Source of the DNA: an uncultured cyanobacterium
GTDB taxonomy: Bacteria; Cyanobacteriota; Cyanobacteriia; PCC-6307; Cyanobiaceae
DNA: 64,000 nt
Direction: 5' to 3'
Assembly: GCA_963697335.1 (NCBI GenBank)
Contig: CAVONQ010000014.1
Coordinates: 64,001 to 128,000, forward strand
A model generated the notes under the pieces. That model saw only the letters and a list, made by a program, of their open reading frames with translations, searched no databases and was not told the origin of the DNA. Shown piece after piece: positions 1 through 8,968 of this stretch; the first letter of the stretch is position 1, and each line of letters begins with the position of its first letter. A program made the translations under genes and the position numbers.

Positions 1-314
1 CCCTCCCCCAGCGGATCCCCCCACACCGCCAGCAGATCGGCCCGGTAGCCCACCGGCACCACGAGGCGGTCCTCCAGGCGCACCTGGCCGTAGTGGCGGC
101 GCTGCTCCGCGGCGGTGAGGCCATCGAGGGGCAGGGGCAGCGGCGTGGGCAGCGGCTCAAAGGGCAGCTCGCCGCTGCGGCCACCGCCGACACCTCCAGC
201 GAGGCCGCTGCCCCGGATCGGGCTTGGCGAGGCGCGCCCAGGCCTGGCCCGAGCGGCCTGGGCCGATCCGGCCGTCGCCAGGCCGAGCAGCATCAGCAGG
301 GAACGACGCTTCAT
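1..314 (-). CDS. phoX: PhoX-family (DUF839) alkaline phosphatase, 5' part (runs off the window edge)
   Basis: Not in the ORF track. ATG at 314 reads MKRRSLLMLLGLATAGSAQA (Tat-like signal) ... LPFEPLPTPLPL ... LEDRLVVPVGYRADLLAVWGDPLG, open to position 1. This matches the PhoX N-terminal D-x-L-x-x-P-x-G-Y...WGD pattern. Confidence 0.7.
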   Translation of the reverse strand, partial: MKRRSLLMLLGLATAGSAQAARARPGRASPSPIRGSGLAGGVGGGRSGELPFEPLPTPLPLPLDGLTAAEQRRHYGQVRLEDRLVVPVGYRADLLAVWGDPLGE

Positions 315-404
315 GGCCAGCAGTCTCGGCGCAGGCGGTGGTGATCCAGGCGACAGCCCGCCCGCAGCGCCGCCTCTTCACGGCTCCCCCAGAAGGATGC
401 CAGG

Positions 405-614
405 ATGAACACACTTCGTAACATCGCCATGACCATGGGCGAACTGTTTCTCGAGTCGATGGCCTCCGGGGTGATCACCCCCGAAGAGCTGAGCTGGCTG
501 GCCAGGCGCCAGACGGAGTTTTCCCGGGTGGAGGAGGCCGCAGCCCTCCGCCTCGGCAGGCTTCTGGATCAGGGGGTGATCCAGCTCGGTTGCCGACTGC
601 CACGGCTGGCCTGA
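405..614 (+). CDS. Small hypothetical protein of a type seen in picocyanobacteria
   Basis: 69-aa ORF with protein-like composition (ELFLESMASGVIT...RLGRLLDQG), divergent from phoX. Confidence 0.7.
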   Translation: MNTLRNIAMTMGELFLESMASGVITPEELSWLARRQTEFSRVEEAAALRLGRLLDQGVIQLGCRLPRLA

Positions 615-675
615 GGGTTCGCCGCCATGCTGGATCCCCAGGGGGGCTGTTCACCCAGAAGCAGGAGCTCAGCTC

Positions 676-1425
676 ATGTCCGCGTCATTGGCTTTCGTGC
701 TGGCTCCTGAGTCGGGCCTTCCCCCCGATGGCACCACCGACTGGGACCAGCTGCGGCTGGCCCAGCGCCGCGGCATCCGCGAAGCGGCCGCTTTTCGGCT
801 CTATGCGCTGCCGGAGGCGGGGTCTCCAGCCCTTGCCCAGCCAGGCCAGGGTCTGGAGGCGCTTCCCTTCAACGGCACCATCCCCGAGGGCCTGCCCCAG
901 GCCGCGGCGGCCCAGCTCTATTGCGATGCGGTGATCCCGCGCTTCGACCCGCCGCAGTTGTGGCTGGCGGTCTACGCGCTGGAGGACGACCGGACCAAGG
1001 CCCTCGCCCTGGACCGTTTCCCGTTGCACCAGGCCGAAAACGAAGCCTGCTGGTTTTATCCCACCGACGACGGCACCTACCTCTGCTGGGAACGGGCTGA
1101 GGCCATCACCCTGGCGCCCGGCTTCATCGCTGACCCTTCCTGCTGCCCCTCGCCCGCGGACTACCGCCGCAGCTCCCTGCACCTGTTGTGGTCGCTGATG
1201 GCCGACGACCCCGATCTCACCTGCGTGGGGATCACCTACGCGGGGGTGCGGCTCGAATGGCCGCTGCTGAGCGATGAGCCTGCGGCTGCCGCCTCCTGGA
1301 CCGCCTTCGACGTGGACAGTGCCGCCAGCCCCCATTACCGGGAGATCGCCACCGTGCGGACCCATGACCCTCAGCGCAGCGATTCACAGGCCTCGCCGTC
1401 GCCATGGCCATCCAGGCAGCTTTAG
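676..1425 (+). CDS. Hypothetical protein
   Basis: 249-aa ORF, GGAG upstream, normal high-GC3 codon usage, no recognised motif. Confidence 0.65.
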   Translation: MSASLAFVLAPESGLPPDGTTDWDQLRLAQRRGIREAAAFRLYALPEAGSPALAQPGQGLEALPFNGTIPEGLPQAAAAQLYCDAVIPRFDPPQLWLAVYALEDDRTKALALDRFPLHQAENEACWFYPTDDGTYLCWERAEAITLAPGFIADPSCCPSPADYRRSSLHLLWSLMADDPDLTCVGITYAGVRLEWPLLSDEPAAAASWTAFDVDSAASPHYREIATVRTHDPQRSDSQASPSPWPSRQL

Positions 1426-1774
1426 CGGCTGCCTGAGCTTCCGCCCTTTCCACCACGGCGGAACTCCCACGGGCGGGTGATGCCACCCACCACCTGCCAC
1501 ACGCCGCTGCGCCGCCGGCTGGCCCGCTTTTCGGCGGAGAGGTAGGCGCTGGCATTGCACTGGCCCAGGTAGCGGCGATAGACGAAGGCCTGGCCGGATT
1601 CCACCAGCGCCAGGCCGACGTTCACCGGATCCGAGGCGTTGCTGACCACCTCGGCCACCGTGCGCCCGAAGCGGTCGGTGGTCTTGATGTTCAGATTCAC
1701 CGAACTGCTGCTCCGCAGATGGCGGCGGAGGGGAGCGACGCGACCAGGCAGAGGGCGATCAGCAGGCGACCCAT
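1422..1774 (-). pseudogene. Thermonuclease (SNase-like) gene with internal deletion and frameshift
   Basis: The C-terminal half TDRFGRTVAEV...VNVGLALVESGQAFVY...AEKRASRRRSGVW...PWEFRR is SNase-like. ATG at 1774 gives a signal peptide MGRLLIALCLVASLPSAA in a different frame that stops soon after. The DGDT/IDAPE segment is missing. Confidence 0.7.
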
Positions 1775-1815
1775 GGGGCCATTGTCCAGGCCCCGGGTGT
1801 TGTGAAGCCGCGCGC

Positions 1816-2469
1816 TCAGGCGCCCTGACCGGCGCTGACCACGACCGCCTGGGGCTGGGCAGCAAGACGGCCGCCGCGGGGGCCATCGACCGACTCGCTC
1901 ACCAGCTCGGCGGTGATGGCGCCGTCAAAGGAGAGGCGTCCAGGGCCGAGCAGCAGCAGGGCCAGGCTGCCACCCAGATAGAGCACCACCAGTTCCAGCA
2001 CATAGATGTTGAGCCCGGCGGTGAGGATGTGGTGGTAAGCGGCCACGGCCATGGTGCCGGTGATCGCCAGGGCTCCCAGCGGCGTCAGCAGGCCCAGGAT
2101 CAGCAGCCAGCTGCCCACCACCTCCGAGAAGCCGGCCACGTAGGCGAGCAGCAGGGGGAAGGGCAGGTGCAGCGGCGCCACATAGGTGTCGGCGAAGGCC
2201 TGGGGATTGGCGAGCTTGTCCTGGCCGTGGTGGATCATCATCAGGCCGATCGCCAGCCGCAGGGCCAGCAGGCCGATGTTGGCGGCAGTGCCCTTCTGCA
2301 GCACGTAGCGCCGCAGGCCGCCCTGCACAGCCGGGCGCTGCAACAGGCGGGTGAGCGGGCCGACGCCCTCGGCGGGGGCGAGGTCTGGACGGTTGAGGCG
2401 CAGCAGCCAGAGGGCCATCAGGGAGCCGGTGAGGCCGGCGAAACCCTCGAGGAGTTGGGCGGTGGTCAT
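1816..2469 (-). CDS. DoxX family membrane protein
   Basis: GLLALRLAIGLMMIHHGQDKL...E...LLILGLLT...GPGRLSFD DoxX pattern. Confidence 0.85.
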   Translation of the reverse strand: MTTAQLLEGFAGLTGSLMALWLLRLNRPDLAPAEGVGPLTRLLQRPAVQGGLRRYVLQKGTAANIGLLALRLAIGLMMIHHGQDKLANPQAFADTYVAPLHLPFPLLLAYVAGFSEVVGSWLLILGLLTPLGALAITGTMAVAAYHHILTAGLNIYVLELVVLYLGGSLALLLLGPGRLSFDGAITAELVSESVDGPRGGRLAAQPQAVVVSAGQGA

Positions 2470-2636
2470 CGCTCAGGGGAGAAGTCCCCAGACTCTGGCA
2501 AGCCGGGTAACGAAACGTGAAGCGCTGGCTGAGAAGGGAAGGGGGCGGGAAACCGGCTCCTTTCGGGCCAGCACGGCGCCCCAAAGCGCCCCAACCACTG
2601 TTACTATTTCTTCACGTTTCGCAACCAAGCGCAACC

Positions 2637-2780
2637 ATGTCTGATTCCGCTTCCCGCTTCGGCTTCGTGGCCTTCGCCGAAACCTGGAATGGCCGCCTGG
2701 CCATGCTCGGTTTCGTGATCGGCCTTGCCACCGAAGTTCTCACCGGCCAGGGCATCCTGGGTCAGATCGGCCTCGGCTGA
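2637..2780 (+). CDS. hli: High-light-inducible protein (HLIP/SCP, CAB/ELIP family)
   Basis: FAETWNGRLAMLGF motif. Start placed at ATG 2637 (MSDSASRFGF). Confidence 0.95.
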   Translation: MSDSASRFGFVAFAETWNGRLAMLGFVIGLATEVLTGQGILGQIGLG

Positions 2781-2806
2781 GCTGCGCCCCAAGCCCCCAA
2801 CGCAAC

Positions 2807-2840
2807 AGCGGCGCTATCCCTAGGGACGGCGCCGCTTTTT
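2807..2840 (+). terminator. Rho-independent terminator after hli
   Basis: Stem AGCGGCGCTATCCC / GGGACGGCGCCGCT followed by TTTT. Confidence 0.8.
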
Positions 2841-2920
2841 GCTGGGCTGTCGTAACCCCTGATCAGCCCTAGCGATGCTGGCAGGCCCCGCGGACGCAGG
2901 TCCGCCGAGGCCCGGGACAT

Positions 2921-3124
2921 TCAGGAGGCCTGCTGGTAAAGCGCCTCGAGGCGTTCACGGTTGAGGTCCACATAGAGGAGCCGCTCGCCGGGCTCCGGGG
3001 CTTCCGGGTGGCGGCTGCGGATCCGCGGCCGGGCCGAGCCGCCACCGAAGCCCTGGCTCATCAGGGCGAAGGTGCTGCACAGCAGCACGGCTGCAGCCAC
3101 GGCGTAGAGAAGGGCAAAGACCAT
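2921..3124 (-). CDS. Small membrane protein, DUF2973-like
   Basis: N-terminal TM helix followed by RHPE...LLYVDL. Confidence 0.6.
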   Translation of the reverse strand: MVFALLYAVAAAVLLCSTFALMSQGFGGGSARPRIRSRHPEAPEPGERLLYVDLNRERLEALYQQAS

Positions 3125-3154
3125 GGCTTTCAGCTCGGAACGGCCACCAGCCTA

Positions 3155-3189
3155 GTGTGAAGAAGTGTTAATCGTGACAGATTGTTAAG
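3155..3189 (-). promoter_or_regulatory. HLR1-like (RpaB-type) repeated element upstream of the DUF2973-like gene
   Basis: The minus strand reads CTTAACAATCTGTCACGATTAACACTTCTTCACA, an AT-rich set of TT(A/C)ACA-like repeats in GC-rich DNA. The assignment is inference. Confidence 0.4.
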
Positions 3190-3231
3190 CCAGTGTCCGT
3201 GCTGCTGCGGCAGCGGCCTGGCCCAGGCACT

Positions 3232-5331
3232 TCAGTCCAGCTTCACCCCGTCCAGGCGCCGACGCGCCACCAGCAGCATGAGGCTGCGGCTCTCCAGGGG
3301 AATCCCCGGCGGGCTCCAGATCCCGGGACGGGCCGGCAGGTCCTGACCGGCGGGCAGGGCGGTGTCGATCACCCGCAGCCAGCCGGAAGTGGACACGGGC
3401 AGGTCGAAGTGCACGGCCTTGCTGTAGGCGTTCATGGCACACCACAGCAGCGGCCCCTGGGTGTGGTCGTTGACGCTCCAGGCCACGGTGTGCGACCAGC
3501 TGGCCCAGTTCGGCCGGGTGATCTCCACGCCGTGCCACTGGCGCCAGCGCTGCTGGGGATCGTCCTGGCGGCGCTGGGGGTGCTCCGCCAGGGGCAGCAC
3601 CGGGTTGAGCAGATCGACCAGATGCCGCCTCAGGCTCAGCAGCCGGCGCACGAAGCGGCGCAGGGCCAGATCGCCGCTGTCGGGCTGCCAGTGCATCCAG
3701 CCGAGGGGGTTGTTCTGGCACCAGGCGTTGTTGTTGCCCCCCTGGCTGCGGCGCACCTCATCACCCATCAGCAGCATGGGCACCCCCGGAGCGAGCAGCA
3801 GGGTGCTCAGCAGGTTGCGCAGCTGCCGCTCCCGCAGGGTCGTCACGGCATGGTCGCTGCTGGGGCCCTCCACGCCGTGGTTCCAGCTGCTGTTGTGGTT
3901 GTCGCCGTCCCGGTTGTCCTCGCCGTTGGCCAGGTTGTGCTTGCCGTTGAAGCTCACCAGATCGGCCAGGGTGAAGCCGTCGTGGGCCGTGAGGAAGGTG
4001 ATGGCCTGGCCCGGGTGAGCGGGCATCAGGTTGTAGAGGTCGGGGCTGCCGCTCAGCCGCTGGCCCACCGCCCAGGAGCAGTTCTCATCGCCCTTCCAGA
4101 AGCGGCGCAGGTCGTCGCGGAAGCGGCCGTTCCAGGTGGCCACCCGCCGGGCCGGGAAGTCGGCCAGCTTGTAGAGGCCGCCGCAGTCCCACGGTTCGCT
4201 GATCAGCTTCAGGTCGGCGAGGTCGGGGTCGGCCTCCATGGCCTCAAACAGCGGTGGCTGGGCCAGGGGCGCCAGGTTCTCACCCCGGCTCAGGGCGATG
4301 CCCAGGTCGAAGCGGAAGCCATCCACCCCCAGCTCCGTGGCCCAGCAGCGCAGGGATTCCAGGATCAGGTGCTGCACCAGCGGCCGGTTGGCCGCGATCG
4401 TGTTGCCGCAGCCGCTCACATCCTGGTACTCGCCCAGGACGCTCTGCTGGTAGTAGAGGCGGTCGGCGAAGCCGCGCCAGCTCAGGGTGGGGCCGTGCTG
4501 GTTGCCCTCACTGGTGTGGTTGTAGACCACATCCAGCAGCACCTCGATGCCCGCCAGGTGGCAGGCCTTCACCAGCTGCCGCACCTGGTCGCGGGCTCCC
4601 AGGGGATCGTTCCCCACCAGGTAGTCGGGATGGGGGGCCATCCAGCTCAGGGGGCTGTAGCCCCAGTGGTTCTCGCGGCCCGGCGGCGCGTCGCTCGGAT
4701 CGAAGGCCATCACCGGCAACAGCTCGATCGCGGTGATGCCCAGCTCCCGCAGCCGGGGCAGGGTGTCGATCAGACCCAGCAGGGTGCCCTGGCGCTCCGG
4801 CACCACCGGGCAGCCGGCCCCCTGGGTGAAGCCCCCCACGTGCAGTTCATAGATGACGCTGCGCTGCCAGCTGTGGCGCGGCCTGGGGGCGGCTTCGAAA
4901 TCGAAGCGGTCGCGCTCGGTGACCACTCCCCTCAGGCAGCAGGAACTGTTGGGGGCGGCGCCGACGGCCGCGGCACGGCGGTAGCCCTCCCAGCCGGTGA
5001 TGGCCCGGGCGCAGGGATCCAGCAGCACCTTGGACGGGGCGAAGCTGTGGCCTCCCGGTTGCAGGGGGCCGAACACCCGGTAGCCGTAGCAGCAGCCCAG
5101 CCCCAGGCCCTCCACCTCCACATGCCAGTGATCGCCGGAGCGGTGGCGGTCATCGAGAACCACCACCCGGCTGGGTTCGCTGGCGTCCGGGCGGCTGAAC
5201 AGCACCAGCTCCACCCGGGTGGCTCTGGGGGCCACCACAGAAAAATTCACCCCCCTGGAGGTGATGGAGGAGCCCAGGGGGCCTGGGCGCCCGAGATGGA
5301 CGGCTCCGAAACGTCTCCGACGGGTCGCCAC
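3232..5331 (-). CDS. glgX: Glycogen debranching enzyme / isoamylase (GH13)
   Basis: IYELHVGGFT, NHWGYSP, DVVYNH, VDGFRFDLG, ISEPWD, FLTAHDGFTL, SWNHGVEG motifs. Start uncertain (GTG 5331; ORF is open to 5421). Confidence 0.93.
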   Translation of the reverse strand: MATRRRRFGAVHLGRPGPLGSSITSRGVNFSVVAPRATRVELVLFSRPDASEPSRVVVLDDRHRSGDHWHVEVEGLGLGCCYGYRVFGPLQPGGHSFAPSKVLLDPCARAITGWEGYRRAAAVGAAPNSSCCLRGVVTERDRFDFEAAPRPRHSWQRSVIYELHVGGFTQGAGCPVVPERQGTLLGLIDTLPRLRELGITAIELLPVMAFDPSDAPPGRENHWGYSPLSWMAPHPDYLVGNDPLGARDQVRQLVKACHLAGIEVLLDVVYNHTSEGNQHGPTLSWRGFADRLYYQQSVLGEYQDVSGCGNTIAANRPLVQHLILESLRCWATELGVDGFRFDLGIALSRGENLAPLAQPPLFEAMEADPDLADLKLISEPWDCGGLYKLADFPARRVATWNGRFRDDLRRFWKGDENCSWAVGQRLSGSPDLYNLMPAHPGQAITFLTAHDGFTLADLVSFNGKHNLANGEDNRDGDNHNSSWNHGVEGPSSDHAVTTLRERQLRNLLSTLLLAPGVPMLLMGDEVRRSQGGNNNAWCQNNPLGWMHWQPDSGDLALRRFVRRLLSLRRHLVDLLNPVLPLAEHPQRRQDDPQQRWRQWHGVEITRPNWASWSHTVAWSVNDHTQGPLLWCAMNAYSKAVHFDLPVSTSGWLRVIDTALPAGQDLPARPGIWSPPGIPLESRSLMLLVARRRLDGVKLD

Positions 5332-5381
5332 GGACGCCGCTGGGGCCGAGGTGGATAGGGCAGACAACGGCTCGGGCCAGC

Positions 5382-6086
5382 TTGCCCAACAAACTAGACA
5401 GACCTTCCGGTTCCAGGCCACTGTCAGCCCTTGCCCTTCCGCCTGAGCCCGGCCGCCCTCCCCAGCTGGTGCGGCCCGGCCTGTGGCTGTTCGCCCCCAG
5501 CCGCGACAGCCAGGGCGGCAGCAGCTGGCTGCTGGAGTCCGGCGCCAGCGGCCTGGCCGTTGATCTGCTGATCGACTGCCCCGGCTACAGCCAGGCCAAC
5601 CTCGACTGGCTGGCCGCCCGTGGGCCAGGCCTGCTGCTGCTCACCAGTCGCGAGGGCCACGGCCGCTGCCGCCGCCTGCAGCAGGCCATCGGCTGGGAGG
5701 TGCTGGTGCAGGAGCAGGAGGCCTACCTGCTGCCAGGGGTGGCGCCCCTGCGCTGCTTCGGAGCGGAGAGTGAGCTGTCACCGGAGGTGCGCCTGCTCTG
5801 GACTCCTGGGCCCACGCCTGGATCCTGCGTGGTGCATTCCCGCGGCCCGGACCTGGATGTGCTGTTCTGCGGACGGCTGCTGGCGCCGGTGGGGCCTGGC
5901 GCCCTGGCGCCGCTGCGCACGGCGCGCTGCTTCCACTGGGCGCGCCAGCTGGCCAGCCTGGAGACCCTGCGGGGCTGGCTGCCGGCGGGCTCCCCCCAGT
6001 GGATCGCCTGCGGCGGCGGGCTGGGGGCCCTGCGCGGCGCCAAGCTCGTGCCCGAGGGGGCCGCGGCGTTGCGATCCGCACCCTGA
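5382..6086 (+). CDS. MBL-fold metallo-hydrolase-like protein
   Basis: LLIDCP, LLLTSREGHG, LWTPGPTPGS and LFCGRLL are degenerate MBL motifs. Start uncertain. Confidence 0.75.
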   Translation: MPNKLDRPSGSRPLSALALPPEPGRPPQLVRPGLWLFAPSRDSQGGSSWLLESGASGLAVDLLIDCPGYSQANLDWLAARGPGLLLLTSREGHGRCRRLQQAIGWEVLVQEQEAYLLPGVAPLRCFGAESELSPEVRLLWTPGPTPGSCVVHSRGPDLDVLFCGRLLAPVGPGALAPLRTARCFHWARQLASLETLRGWLPAGSPQWIACGGGLGALRGAKLVPEGAAALRSAP

Positions 6087-6293
6087 TTTGGGCGATTCAG
6101 CACCAAACGGGCACCAGATCCGTTGCAGCAAGGCGCTTTTCTGTTGCAGTCCAAGGGCAGCACCCATACCATTGGCGCGCTGAACCCCGCTACGACGGGC
6201 CGGCCAGCCCCCAGAGGCCTCCAAACCTCCAAGCCCTGGCGCCGCTGCCCCACCATCGCTCTGAACGCTGCCCCAGAGGCCATCCCCGCTCTT

Positions 6294-6569
6294 ATGAACA
6301 AAGCAGATCTCGTCAACCTCGTGGCCGCCCGCACCGAGCTCACCAAGACCGACGTCTCCCAGGCCATCGACGCCGCCATCGAGACCATCATCGATTCGGT
6401 GGTGGAGGGCAACAAGGTGTCGATCCTCGGCTTCGGATCCTTCGAACCCCGGGAACGCTCCGCTCGCCAGGGCCTCAACCCCAAGACCGGAGAGAAAATC
6501 AAGATCCCAGCCAAGCGCGTACCCGCCTTCACCGCCGGCAAGATGTTCAAGGACCGCGTCCAGGGTTGA
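6294..6569 (+). CDS. hup: DNA-binding protein HU
   Basis: MNKADLV...GFGSFEPRERSARQGLNPKTGEKIKIPAKRVPAFTAGK. Confidence 0.97.
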   Translation: MNKADLVNLVAARTELTKTDVSQAIDAAIETIIDSVVEGNKVSILGFGSFEPRERSARQGLNPKTGEKIKIPAKRVPAFTAGKMFKDRVQG

Positions 6570-6608
6570 GGCAGCAGGCGGGGTCCGCAGCTCCGCCCGC
6601 TGATCCCG

Positions 6609-7577
6609 TTGCCGCTCCCCCGCCATGTCGAGGCCCTGATCGAAGCCGGGGTGCACCGGCGCGATCAGGGCTACCGCGGCCGTTTTGCCCCTTCCCCCAC
6701 GGGGGCCCTGCACCGTGGCAATCTGCGCACCGCCCTGCTGAGCTGGCTGGAAGCCCGCCTCGCCGGCGGCGAATGGCTGCTGCGCATCGACGACCTCGAC
6801 ACGCCCCGCAACCGGGCCGGTGCCGAGGAGGCGATCCTGGCGGATCTCACCTGGCTGGGCCTGGCCTGGGATGGCCCCCTATGGCGCCAGAGCGAGCGCC
6901 GCGGCCTCTACGCCAGCGTGCTCTCGGCCCTGCGGCGGGACGGCCGCCTCTACCCCTGCCGCTGCAGCCGCAGGCTGCTGGCCGATGTGTCGGCCCCCCA
7001 CGGGGGCTGGGCGGTGTACCCGGGGTTCTGCCGGCAGGGGCAGGGGGGCTGGGGGGAAGAGGATGGCCGCTGGCCCAGCTGGCGGCTGCGGCTCCCGGCC
7101 GGCCCCATCGCCTGGGATGAGGCTGCGGCCCTGGTGCCGGTGTCAGCGTCGGGCCGGCTGGACGGCGCCAGCCAGGTGGGCGATGTGGTGCTGCGCCGGG
7201 CCGACGGCTTCATCACCTATCACCTGGCCACGGCCGTGGACGAGCTCAGCCTCGGCATCACGACAGTGGTGCGCGGTGAAGACCTCTGGCGCTCCACCGC
7301 GGCCCAGGTGGCCGTGATGCGGGAACTGGGCGCCCCGCCCCCCACCTACGCCCATGTCCCCCTCTGGCGCGAACAGGGCACGGGCCAGCGGCTCAGCAAG
7401 CGCAGCGGCGCCGAGGGGCTGGAGGGGCTGCGGGCCCGGGGGTTTGATGCCGCCGGGGTGGTGGGGCTGCTGGCAGCCAGCGCCGGTCTGGTGTCGCCGG
7501 GGTCACGGCTGAGCGCCACCGAACTGCTGCAGCACCTGGAACGCCGGGGCGTGCCTAGGCGCAAACCACCGGCCTGA
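6609..7577 (+). CDS. gluQ: tRNA glutamyl-Q(34) synthetase GluQRS
   Basis: GRFAPSPTGALHRGN, RIDDLD, CRCSR, VVRGEDL, RLSKR. No anticodon-binding domain. Confidence 0.9.
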   Translation: MPLPRHVEALIEAGVHRRDQGYRGRFAPSPTGALHRGNLRTALLSWLEARLAGGEWLLRIDDLDTPRNRAGAEEAILADLTWLGLAWDGPLWRQSERRGLYASVLSALRRDGRLYPCRCSRRLLADVSAPHGGWAVYPGFCRQGQGGWGEEDGRWPSWRLRLPAGPIAWDEAAALVPVSASGRLDGASQVGDVVLRRADGFITYHLATAVDELSLGITTVVRGEDLWRSTAAQVAVMRELGAPPPTYAHVPLWREQGTGQRLSKRSGAEGLEGLRARGFDAAGVVGLLAASAGLVSPGSRLSATELLQHLERRGVPRRKPPA

Positions 7578-7701
7578 ACCCACTTCTTAAGGAAGCTTTC
7601 GGAAGCATGGTGTGCGAATCCACGCACACTGGTGAGGTTCCTACGGCTGGCGCGAGGCCGCATTGATGACAACCCCAGCCCGGCAGCTCTCGGGCGCCGG
7701 C

Positions 7702-7926
7702 ATGGCCGACGTCGGTTTTTCCGGAATCCTGTCCGGAACCTTGTGCTGCCAGTGCGGCGGCAGTGGCGTGCTGCGGCTGGATGGCCAGCGCTATCGCACC
7801 TGCATGGACTGTGTGGGGGAGGGCCGGCAACGGCCCAGGGCCGTGCCGGCCGCCGAGGTGCTGCGGGTTCCGCTGCCCCGGTTGCAGGAGGCGATCAGCG
7901 GGTCGGCTTCTTCTGCTGCTGCCTGA
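7702..7926 (+). CDS. Small putative zinc-finger protein (CxxCxGxG...CxxCxGxG)
   Basis: CCQCGGSG and TCMDCVGEG, resembling DnaJ-type Zn-finger repeats. Confidence 0.6.
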   Translation: MADVGFSGILSGTLCCQCGGSGVLRLDGQRYRTCMDCVGEGRQRPRAVPAAEVLRVPLPRLQEAISGSASSAAA

Positions 7927-8037
7927 TGAAGAAGGCGGCGGTGGCCACGACCACGGCCAGAGGAACTGCGGTGAGCAGCAGGAGGATCACGGCCGTCCAG
8001 TCGGTGTACATCGCCGCCAAGTCACTGTGTTCCATCA
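7895..8037 (-). CDS. Small single-TM protein
   Basis: MYTDWTAVILLLLTAVPLAVVVATAAFFIRQQQKK. Start uncertain. Confidence 0.45.
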
Positions 8038-8080
8038 TCCCAGCCAGGATTCCCCTGAGTGCCGCCCCCGTGCCTTTGTG

Positions 8081-8353
8081 ATGCGACTCCTCCCCTGCGC
8101 CCTGCTCGGCGCCTTGCCTGTTGCTGCCGCCCTGGGCCTGGGGGGCGCTCTCCCCTCTGCGGCCGATGTGGTGTTCGACGACTGCCAGCCCGCGGCTGGC
8201 GGTGGCGTCACCTGCGACACCCGCCCCACCGGTGACACCCTGGTGGATGACGAGGCTGCCCGTTTCGGCCTGTACAACCAAGCCAGCCCCGGCTGGAACG
8301 AGTTCGAACCGTTCGAGGCCGACGACGACATGTTCGGCGGCAACGAGACCTGA
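8081..8353 (+). CDS. Small secreted hypothetical protein
   Basis: Signal peptide MRLLPCALLGALPVAAALGL...PSAA, then an acidic mature part with two Cys. Confidence 0.65.
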   Translation: MRLLPCALLGALPVAAALGLGGALPSAADVVFDDCQPAAGGGVTCDTRPTGDTLVDDEAARFGLYNQASPGWNEFEPFEADDDMFGGNET

Positions 8354-8425
8354 GCCCTGATCCGCCCTCCGCGCTGACAGCGCCCTGATCCCTTGCTAGG
8401 TCTGGACTGGCGATCGGTCCAGGCC

Positions 8426-8968
8426 ATGGCAGCGACGCTTCTCCCGCCCCCCCCTCCCGCCGGGACACCGCCGCCCCAGGACGAGCGCATCAGCCACATC
8501 GTGCGCCGGCATGGCGCCAGGCCCGGGGAGCTGATCGAGGTGCTGCACCGGGTGCAGGAGCTGCAGGGCTGGCTGCCGCCCCAGGCCCTGGCCCAGGTGG
8601 CCCGGGAGCTGCAGCTGCCCCAGGCCCGCGTCTACGGGGTGGCCAGCTTCTACCACCTGTTCCGGCTGAGGGCCCCCACCGCCCACCGCTGTTCCGTGTG
8701 CCTGGGCACCGCCTGCTTCGTGAAAGGCGGGGCCGAGCTGGCGGCGCAGCTGGAGCGGCGGCTGGCGCTGCGGCTCGATGATCCCGCCGGCAACGGCGCC
8801 TGGAGCCTGGAGACCGTCAGCTGTCTGGGGGCCTGCAGCCAGGCGCCGGTGCTGGTGGTGGACGGCCAGCTGGAGGCGCAGCTGCCGTTGGATCAACCCG
8901 AGCGGCTTGAGGAACGGCTTTCTGCCCGGATCCCGGCTGTGGCTGAACCCACCGGGGGAAAGGGCTGA
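8426..8968 (+). CDS. hoxE: Bidirectional NiFe hydrogenase diaphorase subunit HoxE
   Basis: YGVASFYHLF and CLGTACFVKG...SCLGACSQAP [2Fe-2S] motif. First gene of the hox operon. Confidence 0.93.
   Translation: MAATLLPPPPPAGTPPPQDERISHIVRRHGARPGELIEVLHRVQELQGWLPPQALAQVARELQLPQARVYGVASFYHLFRLRAPTAHRCSVCLGTACFVKGGAELAAQLERRLALRLDDPAGNGAWSLETVSCLGACSQAPVLVVDGQLEAQLPLDQPERLEERLSARIPAVAEPTGGKG

Noticed and set aside
1816..2469. DoxX as the missing membrane component of the bufferin cluster
   Set aside because: It is about 18 kb away, divergent from hli, with its own upstream motif. Nothing in the sequence links the two.
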